A DNA stretch of 64,000 nucleotides from Eledone cirrhosa (Eukaryota), in contig OZ024742.1 of assembly GCA_964016885.1 (NCBI GenBank), positions 188,418,001 to 188,482,000 of the forward strand. Direction: 5' to 3'. The position numbers were made by a program, and so were the translations under genes. The first letter of the stretch is position 1; the number at the start of each line of letters is the position of its first letter. Shown one piece after another: positions 29,162 to 42,149 of the stretch. Below the pieces are notes generated by a model, which saw only the letters and a program-made list of their open reading frames with translations, ran no database searches and was not told the DNA's origin.

Positions 29162-29351
29162 TAGAAGGAGCTTCTACAGGACTAGTACTGTTTCATTCAG
29201 ATGAAATCTTCAGGAAGCCCTGAAGATTTCATCTGAATGAAACAGTACTAGTCCTGTAGAAGCTCCTTCTATAAAATAAAAAAAATTTACTCTGCCATGT
29301 ATTGAGTACCTTACTTACTGTGGTTATCCCCGACTCAACCCGGGACCTACG
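29162..29351. mobile_element. PLE family A minimal perfect foldback: two opposed hammerheads plus tail
   Basis: About 53 bp identical arms; minus HHR 29168-29220 GGGCUUC-CUGAAGA-U-UUC-aucu-GAA-U-GAAACAG-uacuaguc-CUGUA^GAAGCUC. Confidence 0.9.
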
Positions 29352-30274
29352 TATATATATATATATATATATAAAATTAACGAAGATCGCTGGTATTAAT
29401 TTAACGGTCCGCGACCGGCTTCTAGCTCACTCAATGAATTTGCTGACTATATACATACCCACATACACCCATATATATCTTTTTCTCCTTCGTCTCCTTC
29501 TTCTCCTCCCCCTCCCCCACTTCTTCTCCTTTTTCTTCTCCTTCCCCTTCTCACCCCACTACTACTATTACAGTCGAAGCCAACAATTTAGACTGCTACC
29601 ACCTCTGTTGGTCAACACTGACAGAGTACGAAAGAAAACTACGGACAAAACTATGAACTTTGCTCTCTAAATATGTATGTAAAAACTAAAAATAATATCC
29701 TCCATTTTCTTATTATTCTTATTAATAAGCATTTTAACTCCACTATACACTTCCGTCGTTGAAAAAACAGATAAAGCTGAAACCTGTACAATTAAATGTG
29801 GACATCTCTATTTTGTAAATAAATGTTCTGATGTTTTTCTGAAAAAATCCCTGTACCATTTTCTACTGCGTTTTTTCCCCCCTTTTTATTCTTTTATATA
29901 TATATATGTATATATATATTTTAATGTTTCCTCCCTGGACGATCTTTGATGTCTCGAGATAAGCAACATCCCAGAAGGGGTTACAAACCCATACATAGAT
30001 TTTCCGACGTTAGATGGTGTCTGTAATACATTTTTCGAACAGAAATACCTAATGCATGATCTTGTGCGTGGTAACTCAGGGAGAATAACAACACAGTATG
30101 GTTAATTTCCTTGAATCAGCAATTTTTGTGGTCTCATTAATTTCAACTCTTCCTATGAATAATTGCTTCTTTCCAGGGATTATGTTAAAAAATAAAATCT
30201 CCTTTGGTCATTCCATGAGAGTATCTGTGTCAGAATATGAACGTTCCAGCCAAACCTAGTATATATATATATAT

Positions 30275-30382
<108 letters not shown>

Positions 30383-30506
30383 GCATATATTTATTTATAT
30401 ATTTGTATGACATTACATACATATAAAGACATGCATACATTTGTACGCTTTCAGGAGTACATACAAACTTCTATACACACCTATATGCATCCATTGACAC
30501 ACACAC

Positions 30507-30538
<32 letters not shown>

Positions 30539-30976
30539 TACATATAAACATGCTCTTCACCGAACGTGGGTGCATATTGTAGTATTTCCATTAATGCTGA
30601 CAAGTTGGAGATCTGACCTTTGTGGAATGATTCGTTTCTAAGTATCAATGGAATATCGGATACACTTTGTCTGTGACGTCAGTGAAGGACAGGAGTGCTC
30701 TTACACATGAGCGTGTGATATTTTCCATCCTAAACATTCGAGGTGGAATCCCTTGGGATTTGCAACGTTGACATTATTTTTACGTGGTATAGATGTATAT
30801 TCCTTAATTATTATTTTTTTTGGTGGTGAAATAATATATATATGTAAATATGTATGAAATCATACGAATAAAACAATGCTTGTCCTGTAGAAGCCATCTC
30901 TATATTAGATAATGTATTGAGTACATTTTTAACAGTGCTTAATTGCGATTTCACACGGGATCTCTCTCTCTCTCTC

Positions 30977-31060
<84 letters not shown>

Positions 31061-31384
31061 TGTATATATATATATATATGTGTGCGCGTGTGTGTACAGT
31101 TGGTTTTTGAAACAAAATAATACTTTATTCATTCAAACACATTAACTGTATGGTCCATGAATAATTGTAAACCCACTGTAAATTTAAAATTCTGAGTTGA
31201 GCATTGTCAGTGACTTTGAATTTACAACTTAATCACTTAATCTGGCTGCTTGGTTAGCTGGCATCAATTTATTTTATATAGGTTTTATAGGTCTGCCTTG
31301 GTTAATTTATACTGATTGGGAGAGGAAATAATGTATATATATTTTATCTAATGATTCTTTGGACTTACATTTATATATATATAT

Positions 31385-31480
31385 AATCGAAGAAATAACT
31401 GAAAGGGAAACAAGCCGTTAAAATATATTTATAAGAAGCTCTTACACATGTTACGCCCAGGTTGGCTCCTCAGAGGCTCA
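31385..31480 (-). mobile_element. Probable PLE 3' end with degenerate HHR (31437-31479)
   Basis: Minus strand CUGAGGA-GCC-aaccug-GGC-GuAACAUGUGUA^AGAGC; GAAA mutated to GUAA. Confidence 0.5.
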
Positions 31481-32125
31481 CAAGAAAATAAAGGGTTTAA
31501 TTAGGAACCCTGAATGGATATGAGTACCATTTTAACATCGAAATTCATATGTTGGTGTTACAAAGTTAGATGTTCATGTTTGTGAACAAAGGGGGCTAAA
31601 ATCCGGTGCAGTTTTGGAATTAACTGCTAAATTTCCGTCCATATTACAAAATATTTATTTATTCCCCTAAGTCTATTTACTACGTGCTAATTTAATTATG
31701 CTTTGTCAAGCCAATTTGCAGAGGCACAGTTAAGGTATGAATGTGAGTGTGCAATAATATTAAGATCGATGAAACTTATGTAACGGTTTAAGTTAGTATG
31801 AAGCTGCAATTACAATAAAAGTTTAAACGCGGAGAAGTGTAAAGGCCCTGCACAATCACATTGTGTTTAAATGGTACAATCATCGATCCTGCAGAGATAC
31901 TCACGATTTATTCCGTTAGTGTGGAGGAATATGACGAGGCAATCATGTCTGGACACATGTAGTGCAACAACCTTGACGGATGACGGGGGCTGGATAATAG
32001 TATTGTTCACAGATGTTTAATTTTGAGCCCACCGTTTTAAGACAAGACAGGGCGCGGTGTAAAGTGCCCTGGTACTATGGTGTTTCAGTATTATCCGGGG
32101 TCCATCAGTAAAACGACTGTTGTAG

Positions 32126-32166
<41 letters not shown>

Positions 32167-32170
<4 letters not shown>

Positions 32171-33838
32171 TCATCTTACAGACCCACACTTCCCCCGGCC
32201 TGAACTCCCCACCCTTATTCCTTTAGCCTTCGACCGCCCCCCTCCCCCCACACTTATCCCCCACTAACACCACTAACGCACCCCTCCTTTTCCCCGCCCA
32301 CCCCACAACTAACAATACTAACACCTCCACTCCACCCCTCATCCGACCACCCTTCCCCAACTAACATACTAACATCCCTCCCTTCTTCTCCTCCCCTCCT
32401 CCTTATCACACGCACACACCCACCGGCACATATATACACGCGCTCACACTAAACACACACCCTACTACCACCACTAACCCTCACCCCCACACCTCCATCC
32501 CACCACCCCGCAACTAACCTCACTAACACCCCCTGACCCCAAGCACACGAACACACGCACCCACTTACACCACCCACCCCACATGCAACTAACATCACTA
32601 ACACCCCCCAACCCCACGCACACGTACCCACACACCCTCGTACACCACCAACTCTACACACCCTACTACCACTAACCCCCACTCACACCTGCATTCAACC
32701 CTTTCCCCACCTCCCGTATACTAACACCCACTAACACCCCCTTCATCAAATTACACACACACCAGTACACCACACTCCCTCCATAGAACTACACACACCC
32801 TTCTCTCCCCGCTCCACCCACACCCTCGCTCCACACTCACTCATCCCACTAACACCTCTACTAATACACACACACATCCTCCTCACTCCAACTTTCACAC
32901 CTACCCATCCTCGCCCCTTTACGATTCCACCCGACTGCTGCTATGCCCTCTGACCACCTCCGAGCACAAACAGACACACAGCACTCCCACCGCTTAACCA
33001 CTTCCTGTTGCGCGCGCACCCCACATCTCTCCTCTTCCGACCATCTCTTCATGGAATACTCGTATGTGGAACTTGACCACCACGGAATCTACTAAACATC
33101 ATAGGAATTGACCAACATTTCAACCATCCTCTTACGGAATCACCTATATAACTCATCCACACACGCACCAACAAAAAAATGTTTTTTCTCCCACACGCCA
33201 CCTACACCCACAACACGCTTAAACCCCCCACACACGTGCTTTCCACCACATATTTACACCCTCAGCCTCCTGATTCCTTCCCCCCCACCCCTCTATCCAC
33301 ACACGCACAGACACTCCGACCTACAACCCCCCCCCCCACACACACACAGCTCTTCCTGAATATGGAACCCCGTTCTTCCCCCAACCCTTACTTTCACATA
33401 TACACACACACGCGTACACCTACACACACACACACCACCTTCAGTCCTCCCCTCTCGGACACACGGTCTCCCTCTCCCCACTCCACCCGCCACCACCCCT
33501 ACACACCCACACCCTTCCACCACCTGTTTTACCCCTTTTTAATTTCAGTTTGTTTTGATCATGCTATTATATTTATTTTTATTTAATTCCTTTTATTTTG
33601 ATCATGCTTTATTGTTATTTTTATTTTTAATTTCATTCGCACCGTTTCCTTTCGCTATATGTCTCTCCACCACTCCCCTACGCACCCTTTGAACTCTGTT
33701 CCCACACACTTCTCACCTGAGGAAGGGCTTATGCCCGAAACGTCGTTCCCCACCACCACCCCACTCTCCAGAGCGTGAAATTAATAAACATTCGTTGTAC
33801 TGCCTCTCTGTTTTGTTCCTGTTCAAATTTTTCCATTA
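32167..33838 (+). mobile_element. 5'-truncated PLE: last endonuclease codons, 1.5 kb C/A-rich 3' region, HHR at 33715-33746
   Basis: IFILQTHTSPGLNS at 32167-32208 matches the PLE endonuclease terminal I..L.T..PGLN; CUGAGGA-A-GGGC-uuau-GCCC-GAAACGUC; homologous to 47718-48343. Confidence 0.75.
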
Positions 33839-33847
33839 TATATATAT

Positions 33848-34420
33848 ATTGTTATACTTGGGGAGGGTCATATTTGCGTAATATTGCCAGAATTAATAAC
33901 AGAACACACTCACTGTTTGGTTGGTTTTCGCTTCTCGCTGTCTTTTATATCTGCGATCTAACTTACTCGGTCCTCAATGTTGCCATTGACAGACCGAGGG
34001 TAAAAAATAATACAGATACAATATAGACACAAACACATATATATAGTTTACATAATTTACATAAATCTTTCGTTGCACATCTGCAACATCGTCAGTGGTG
34101 TTATATTTTTTCCTCCTGTTGTGTTGTATGTCTACGCCATTTTTTTATTCAGTCTGTCTATATATTTATTTATTTATTTGCTTGTTTGTTTATTTTATTT
34201 TATTTTGTCTTCTTTGCGCATGCGTTTGCGTGTGTGTATAGTGTTATGTGTGCTATGTGTATAGTGTGTATAGTGTTGTGTCTGCTGGGTGACTAGTGTG
34301 TGTTTATGTGCTTGTTGTTATTGTGCTTGTGTATGTATTTATTTATCTTATTTTATTTTATTTTATTTTATTTTATTTATTTACTTATTTATACTTCTCT
34401 TAGGTCAGTGTTGTTTGTTC
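33848..34420 (-). mobile_element. PLE family J 3' region
   Basis: Homologous to 46410-46925; HHR-like CUGACGA-U-GUUGCA-gaug-UGCAAC-GAAAG near 34066-34094 (-). Confidence 0.75.
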
Positions 34421-34587
34421 ATAGTGACAGTTTAAAACTAATTAGGCCATTATTCAACACAGTACTTAATACTTGGGATAGTCGAGTATGGGTATCTTAT
34501 AAAGTGTCAGGACCTAACAGCTGAGCTCTTGTTGTTTCAAAAAAATCCTGACTCTTTATAATATATATATATATATATAATATATAT

Positions 34588-34662
<75 letters not shown>

Positions 34663-34665
<3 letters not shown>

Positions 34666-34850
34666 AAAATGAGGGTTTTTTAATGGAAAAAAAACGAGAT
34701 ATCCTACACGAGTGAAAATATAGGGGAAAAATAAAATCGAAAGTGCAGCTGGAGGGTTTTTATGAATATTTATTTGTTTACTTTACCGGTTTCACAGGTC
34801 TTATGCTTTTCAAAAGTAGAATTGAGATCGCAGGTTTGTTGTTTTTCTCG
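34663..34850 (-). mobile_element. PLE family H 3' end
   Basis: Reverse-complement match to 9366-9546. Confidence 0.7.
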
Positions 34851-35052
34851 CATTATATATATATAATAACATATATATTTATATATATATTTTTATAAAA
34901 ATAAAGAATTTGAAGACTGACGGCCACCTAGAATCCGAAGAGAACATTCAAATAACTTAACGATCGATAGCCAAAACCGAAGTAAATGCTGCTCAAGCAC
35001 CGCCGGAGATCAATAACTAATTCCAGTGAAAATAAATAGAAAAATACATCCC

Positions 35053-35085
<33 letters not shown>

Positions 35086-35092
35086 TATATAT

Positions 35093-36594
35093 ATAAGTTT
35101 TAATATAGATGAGATTCTACAGGACTAGAACTGTTTCATTCTTTAGAAATCATCAGGAATCTGGGTATCAAAAAATAAGTATATGTATTTATAGGTCTCT
35201 TCAGGTGGTAGGAGAGGGTATGGGGTGGGATGGGTGTAGATCATTGGTTGATAGAAAAGGGAATTGAATGAAAGCTAATTCTTCAAAGCTATAGTTTATT
35301 TTTAGAGTAACAAAGGCAGAAAGAATTCTATAAACAAGTTCGGGATGGGGTGCTACTCCTTATTTTTAAGTTTCTCTCAGCTAGCAATGACTAGATATCA
35401 GGTGTCTATAAGATGATTGGGGGTTAGTCATGGTTGATGGATTTAAAGAAATGGGAGATTCTTTAAAAGCTAAATTCTTCAAGCTTCTACTAAGTGACAA
35501 AGGCCTAGAGAATTCTATAGACCAATTCAAAATATTGAGTGCATATCATACCATTATCTTCAAATTTCTCTTAAACTATTCAACTATATTCCAAAAATCA
35601 ACAGACACATTCACAAACACACTCACTCACACACTCGCGCGCGACCACATACACCCACACATACACATATACATATATATATATACATATATATACACAC
35701 ATACATATATATACATATACACACACATATATATACATATACACAGACATATATATATATATATATATATATATGGGTATGTGTATATATATGTGTGTGT
35801 GTATGTGTATATATATATGTATATGTATGTGTGTATATATATGTATATATATATATATATGTATGTGTATATGTATATATATGTGTGAGTATATGTGTAT
35901 ATATATGTATATGTATGTGTGTATATATATGTACATATATATATATCTATATATATATGTGTATATGTGTAAGTGTGGGTGTATGTGGGTGCGCGCGAGG
36001 GTGTGAGTGAGTATGTTTGTGAACGTGTCTGTTGATTTTTTGAATAGTTTAAGAGAAATTTGAAGATATTGGTATGATATGCACTCAATATTTTGAATTG
36101 GTCTATAGAATTCTCTAGGCCTTTGTCACTTAGTAGAACCTTAAAGAATTTAGCTTTTAAAGAATCTCCCTTTTCTTTAAATCCATCAACCAGAACATGA
36201 CCCCCAATCATCTTATAGACACCTGATATCTAGTCATTGTTAGCTTAGAGAAACTTAAAAATAAGGAGTGGCACCCCATCCCTAATTTGTTTATAGAATT
36301 CTTTCTGCCTTTGTTACTCTAAATATAAACTATAGCTTTGAAGAATTAGCTTTTAATGAATTCCCTTTTCTATCAACCAATGACCTACATCCATCACACT
36401 CCCTACCCTCTCCTACCACCTGAAGAGACCTATAATTACCATACTTAGTTTTTGATACCCAGATTCCTGATGATTTCTAAACATTGAAACAGTTCTAGTC
36501 CTGTAGAATCTCATCTAAATTAAAACTTATATACTCTGCAATGTATTGAGTACCTTACTTACTGTGGTTACCTCCGACTCAACCCGGAATAACG
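35093..36594. mobile_element. PLE family A large foldback (arms about 35093-35680 / 35955-36531) plus tail
   Basis: About 580 bp diverged inverted arms around a microsatellite; HHRs at 35112-35162 (-) and 36461-36511 (+) with stem I AGAUUC/GAAUCU. Confidence 0.9.
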
Positions 36595-36627
<33 letters not shown>

Positions 36628-36785
36628 GACGAATGATGTGTGGTAAGGAACCAGAAGGACCATAACGCACCAGAGTACTCAATACTGAGGGTAGTAGAGT
36701 GGGTAATAGGAAGATGTTTAACCCCGACAGAAGAGCTTAAGCCGTCTCGGCGGCTATTTTTGGACTCTGGAGTCCCAAAAAGTTT

Positions 36786-36788
<3 letters not shown>
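36628..36788 (-). mobile_element. PLE family D 3' end
   Basis: Diverged reverse complement of 41105-41237. Confidence 0.75.
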
Positions 36789-37470
<682 letters not shown>

Positions 37471-37476
<6 letters not shown>

Positions 37477-37771
37477 GTGAGGTTTCTTTTACAAATTGAA
37501 AAAATAACCGAGGTGTCCTACACGAGTGAAAGTATAAAGAAAAAGAGATGAAATCGAAAATGCAACTGGAGTCTTATTTTTTTTCTAAATATATATATTT
37601 ATTTGGTTCACAGATATATATATATTTATTTATTAAAATAACAGATTAAAGTTTAAGCAAAGAATCGGTGCTTTCACCCTTGACGGGATCTTCTGAAACT
37701 AACCTTTGATATATATTTATCCTTATCGAGCCCGCTTTGGATTTTAGTCTTCAAATTTATTATTATTACTA
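37471..37771. mobile_element. Adjacent PLE fragments: family H (37471-37610, minus) and inverted family B (37625-37771)
   Basis: Matches to 9425-9546 and 5841-6005. Confidence 0.75.
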
Positions 37772-37782
37772 TATATATATAT

Positions 37783-37897
<115 letters not shown>

Positions 37898-37945
37898 TAT
37901 ATATATCTATATATGTATATATAGATATATGTAAATATATAAATG

Positions 37946-37984
<39 letters not shown>

Positions 37985-39911
37985 TTGTGTGTGTCTAGCT
38001 GGTATTGTATATGTACAGTTTCCGACGATTAGTTGTAGAAATTCCTCGATTGTTTGAATAATATTTGCATTTCAGTAAATATTTATTCAGTATCTTACTT
38101 CAAAACATTAGCAGTCAGTGTGCTGAAGATATTTGAAATAATCCCAGTCGTGGCGTTTCCAATATCTGATGGAGAATAGGAAATAATCTCCGTTTATTTA
38201 ACTGCCAAGTCTGCAACACTAGTGATCAAATGACATCTACGTAAGTTTGGGTCACTTACCTCGTCCCTCCTTCCAGCTTAGTGACAACAACAATTATATC
38301 AACATTGGCAATGAAGCAGCAGACATTATATAGATTTTAGTCCATCAGTTATTGTCCCATACTTCTTATCACGTGTTTTATACACCATATTAAACGAAGG
38401 TTACTGGTCGTCATATTGAAATATGGAAACTATGTTTTTTACTGGTCTTTTCTTTGCTGATACTATCTGACGGGCTCATCTCACGGTGGAAGTGCCATGG
38501 CTACTCCGGTGACATGATCTGAACATAGAATGCACAGGTTCGTTGCAAACAAAAAAACTACAAAGTATCGCATCAGACTTTGTAATGAGTCTGTCACCCC
38601 ACCTCCCGAATACTATAAATTTTAATATCCTCGTTCCAGCCCTTAGTGTTTTCTTAATAAAATACATCAACAACGAAACGATCATTATCATCAATATAAC
38701 GCTAGTAAGAAAATCTAAACATCATGTTTCATAGTTATCACCATTATCGGGTTTTTAGCGAAATATGTATGGAAAATCGTCACTAAATATTTTCTTCTTA
38801 ATAGGACAACGTTATCACTAAACTTATTTGTTTCCATGCCAGTACTACATTTAACAACATAATCTATAACACACATATCCTTTAATTCAGTTTTTCTGCA
38901 ACTAATTTCATTATCAACCTTATCAAGAATAACAGCTTTGTACTATTGGCATCTTTGTGCCAACATCGAAAGAAAACATAATTCCTAGAACGCTGGAATT
39001 GATTGCAAAACTTAAGTTAAAAGTAATGACTGATCAAGCTAATTTCAAGTTGTGTCAAATCTGATCACATCAGTCACAAAACTTGATAAGATAATTATTA
39101 GCTTCAGACATCTAGATGTGTTAATTCATTTTCAACTCGATATCTCATCATCAACTTCATTCTCCAAATTTACCATTAGTCTAAATAATAAAATCATAAT
39201 CAGCATAACCATCAGAATATCTGTCAGCCTCGGTCGCATTCACTTTGTCGTCAAATTGAAATAATCATCATTAATACTTTCGAATAAAAAGCACCCCAAA
39301 ACAATCATGGATTATTATGTGAAGCTGGTTATATTGAATTATTCATATACATGAAAAACCTTAAACAATAATTTTATGTAAGAACCTTTGTTAAGCTACG
39401 TTCCTATCATTGACTTAACCACTCTAAATTATTGATTCTTTTCAAAATGAGTTAAACATTATAGACTGTGTATTTATCACTTATTTCTTTTTCTATTAAA
39501 TTGTATTTACATGATATATTTTTACAAAGAATAAAGATATCGTTTAACAGTTGGTTAGATATTCATATGACAAAATATAAAAATGCGTTTATAAAATAAC
39601 TCTCAGATTCAGTTAATATCTTTCAATATACTGTTTCAAATATTCCTTTTTGTTTTGAGACCTCACTTTATAAAGGAAACCTTGTGACCACATTCAGTGG
39701 AGGTTACAGTTATAGTACAAATAATTCGAATTAGTATTCTTTTTAAAAATCACGTGAAGTGGAGAGGAGTTGAGTTTTTTAAAGAGATTCCATCGGCGAA
39801 TCATTGATAGTATAGTAAACTGGTGAACTCACATGGAACCAATTCATTTGGAAAAGTAATTTTCTTTGTCTAACAGTTACTATGAGGTATGATTGGTATA
39901 GTTACACACTT

Positions 39912-40118
<207 letters not shown>

Positions 40119-40229
40119 CATGATTATATATATATGTTATGTTAACGAGATTATAGGAAATATATTCGCTATAATCTCGAAAGAGAATAAATGAATAAAT
40201 CTCTCTCTTTCTCTCTCTCTCTCTATATA

Positions 40230-40304
<75 letters not shown>

Positions 40305-40408
40305 ATATATATATGCATATATATATGTATATGTATATATATATGTATTTATATATATGTATATAGATTTGTATATCTATAACGACACACACGCTCACTC
40401 ACACACAC

Positions 40409-40471
<63 letters not shown>

Positions 40472-41044
40472 GTGGGAGGTTGCTAATTATCACGCTGAAA
40501 AGAAAAATTACTAGAACAATTGAAGCATAGTAGAAAGATTGTAATGACATGAAAAACCAACATCTAAGATGAAATTAATCGTCCAAAAATGTTAAGACCC
40601 CCGCAGTGTTATTCGATAGTAATGTTTCATAATTGAAATTTTACAAAATATTTCTTTTTCATCACAACTCTAGGTTGTTCATGATAGGCTCGTCTCCTTC
40701 ACCAACTATACGGACACAGTTTTTGCATAATGATAAGAAAGACATATCAGTACTTGATCATGATTTAGAAGATGTGATACCGAGCGGAAAATAAAAACAT
40801 GTTTTCTTTTAATCATCTGGTTGTAACATACAGAAGTAATTTATTTTTTGTTAGTTTCTTAGTTTTCCCTTTCCAAAATCGAAATGAAAAATACGTATAC
40901 TTTGTGAAACATCTGTACAGTTAAAATACACATATAGACACAAATATGTTCACAGTTCACACGTACATATTATTTGTTAGAAAGTATATTTATATATTTA
41001 TTCTAATGTATATTGAATAGTTTGTACCTATATATATATATATA

Positions 41045-41235
41045 TAGGAACAAGTAAGACCCCGACTGCTGAGCTCAAGCCGTTTCGATGGCTGATTCTG
41101 TACGGAATCAGCCGTCGAAACGGCTTGAGCTCAGCCGTCGGGGTCTTACTTGTTCCTATTACCCACTCTACTACCCTAAGTATTGAGTACTTTGGTGCGT
41201 TATGGTCCACCTGTTTCCTTACCACATTTCCTTCG

Positions 41236-41237
<2 letters not shown>
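41045..41237. mobile_element. PLE family D foldback (3' half of HHR) plus tail
   Basis: About 55 bp arms; GAAACGGC-uugagcuca-GCCGUC^GGGGU. Confidence 0.85.
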
Positions 41238-41271
<34 letters not shown>

Positions 41272-41732
41272 CGTTCTCTCTGTTTTTCTTACCTTCTTTC
41301 GTCCCCTCTATCAGTTAACACTTTCTCTCGACTGACCTCTTCCTCGCACTTCCACTCACTCACTCTCTGTTTCTCCCCTTCTCACTTCCTCCCTTTCGCT
41401 AGGAGTTGGATCTTTCTTTCTCACATCCCATTCACAGCGAAAGGTCTGTTTGCTAAGCGGTCATGAATTCACCCAGCTTACGCTGATCGAATAACCATGT
41501 TGCTTGTTTTCTTCCCATCTTCGGTTAACCTTTCTTCGATATTGTTTACTTGTCTCACTCGCTTTACACGTTTCACTTGTCCCAATAGCTTATTTTAGTT
41601 ATTGCTCGCACCAACGTGATGTATATGATTTTTAATGCGATGAAATACCAATGATCGTTGGCAAATCACTGATGAAGGACTAATTGTATATGTAATCCAT
41701 GTGCAACCATGCAGTATTCTTCTCCCCATATT

Positions 41733-41794
<62 letters not shown>

Positions 41795-41797
<3 letters not shown>

Positions 41798-42135
41798 ATG
41801 GATGTAACGGGTGAGCACTCGATGTTTAGTTTTACGTCAGTAGCAAGGTGTTGAGCTAAACAGAATGTAATATAATAATACAAGGACGATTCGTTAAGCC
41901 TTCATTACCTTTATTGACTGGTGACGCGCGGTTCGCTATTGATCAACTCAAGGTTCGATCAGAATCGTTCTGGCCCGACTCTGGAATCAAAATCTCCTTA
42001 GACCTCTGCAACAGATTTTGATTCTAGAGTCGGGCCAGATCGATTCAGATCGAAACTTGAGCTGATCAATAGCGAAACGCCAGTAATCTATCAATAAACG
42101 TAATGAAGTCTAACGAATCGCCCTTGTATTATTAT
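41795..42135. mobile_element. PLE-like foldback (arms about 41873-41996 / 42015-42135) with tail on left
   Basis: Imperfect inverted arms; minus-strand tail hairpin CATTC-TGTTTAG..CTAAACA-TC-GAGTG at 41816-41867. Confidence 0.7.
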
Positions 42136-42149
42136 TATTATTAATAAAG

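Noticed and set aside
30550-30800. Possible decayed transposase fragment
   Set aside because: Motif resemblance too weak to assign
35430-36211. Paired ORFs [17 protein letters not shown] on both strands
   Set aside because: Antisense readings of the two foldback arms; no recognisable domain
38150-39300. Unique region with splice-like motifs as host exons
   Set aside because: Frames examined are interrupted by stops; no recognisable domain
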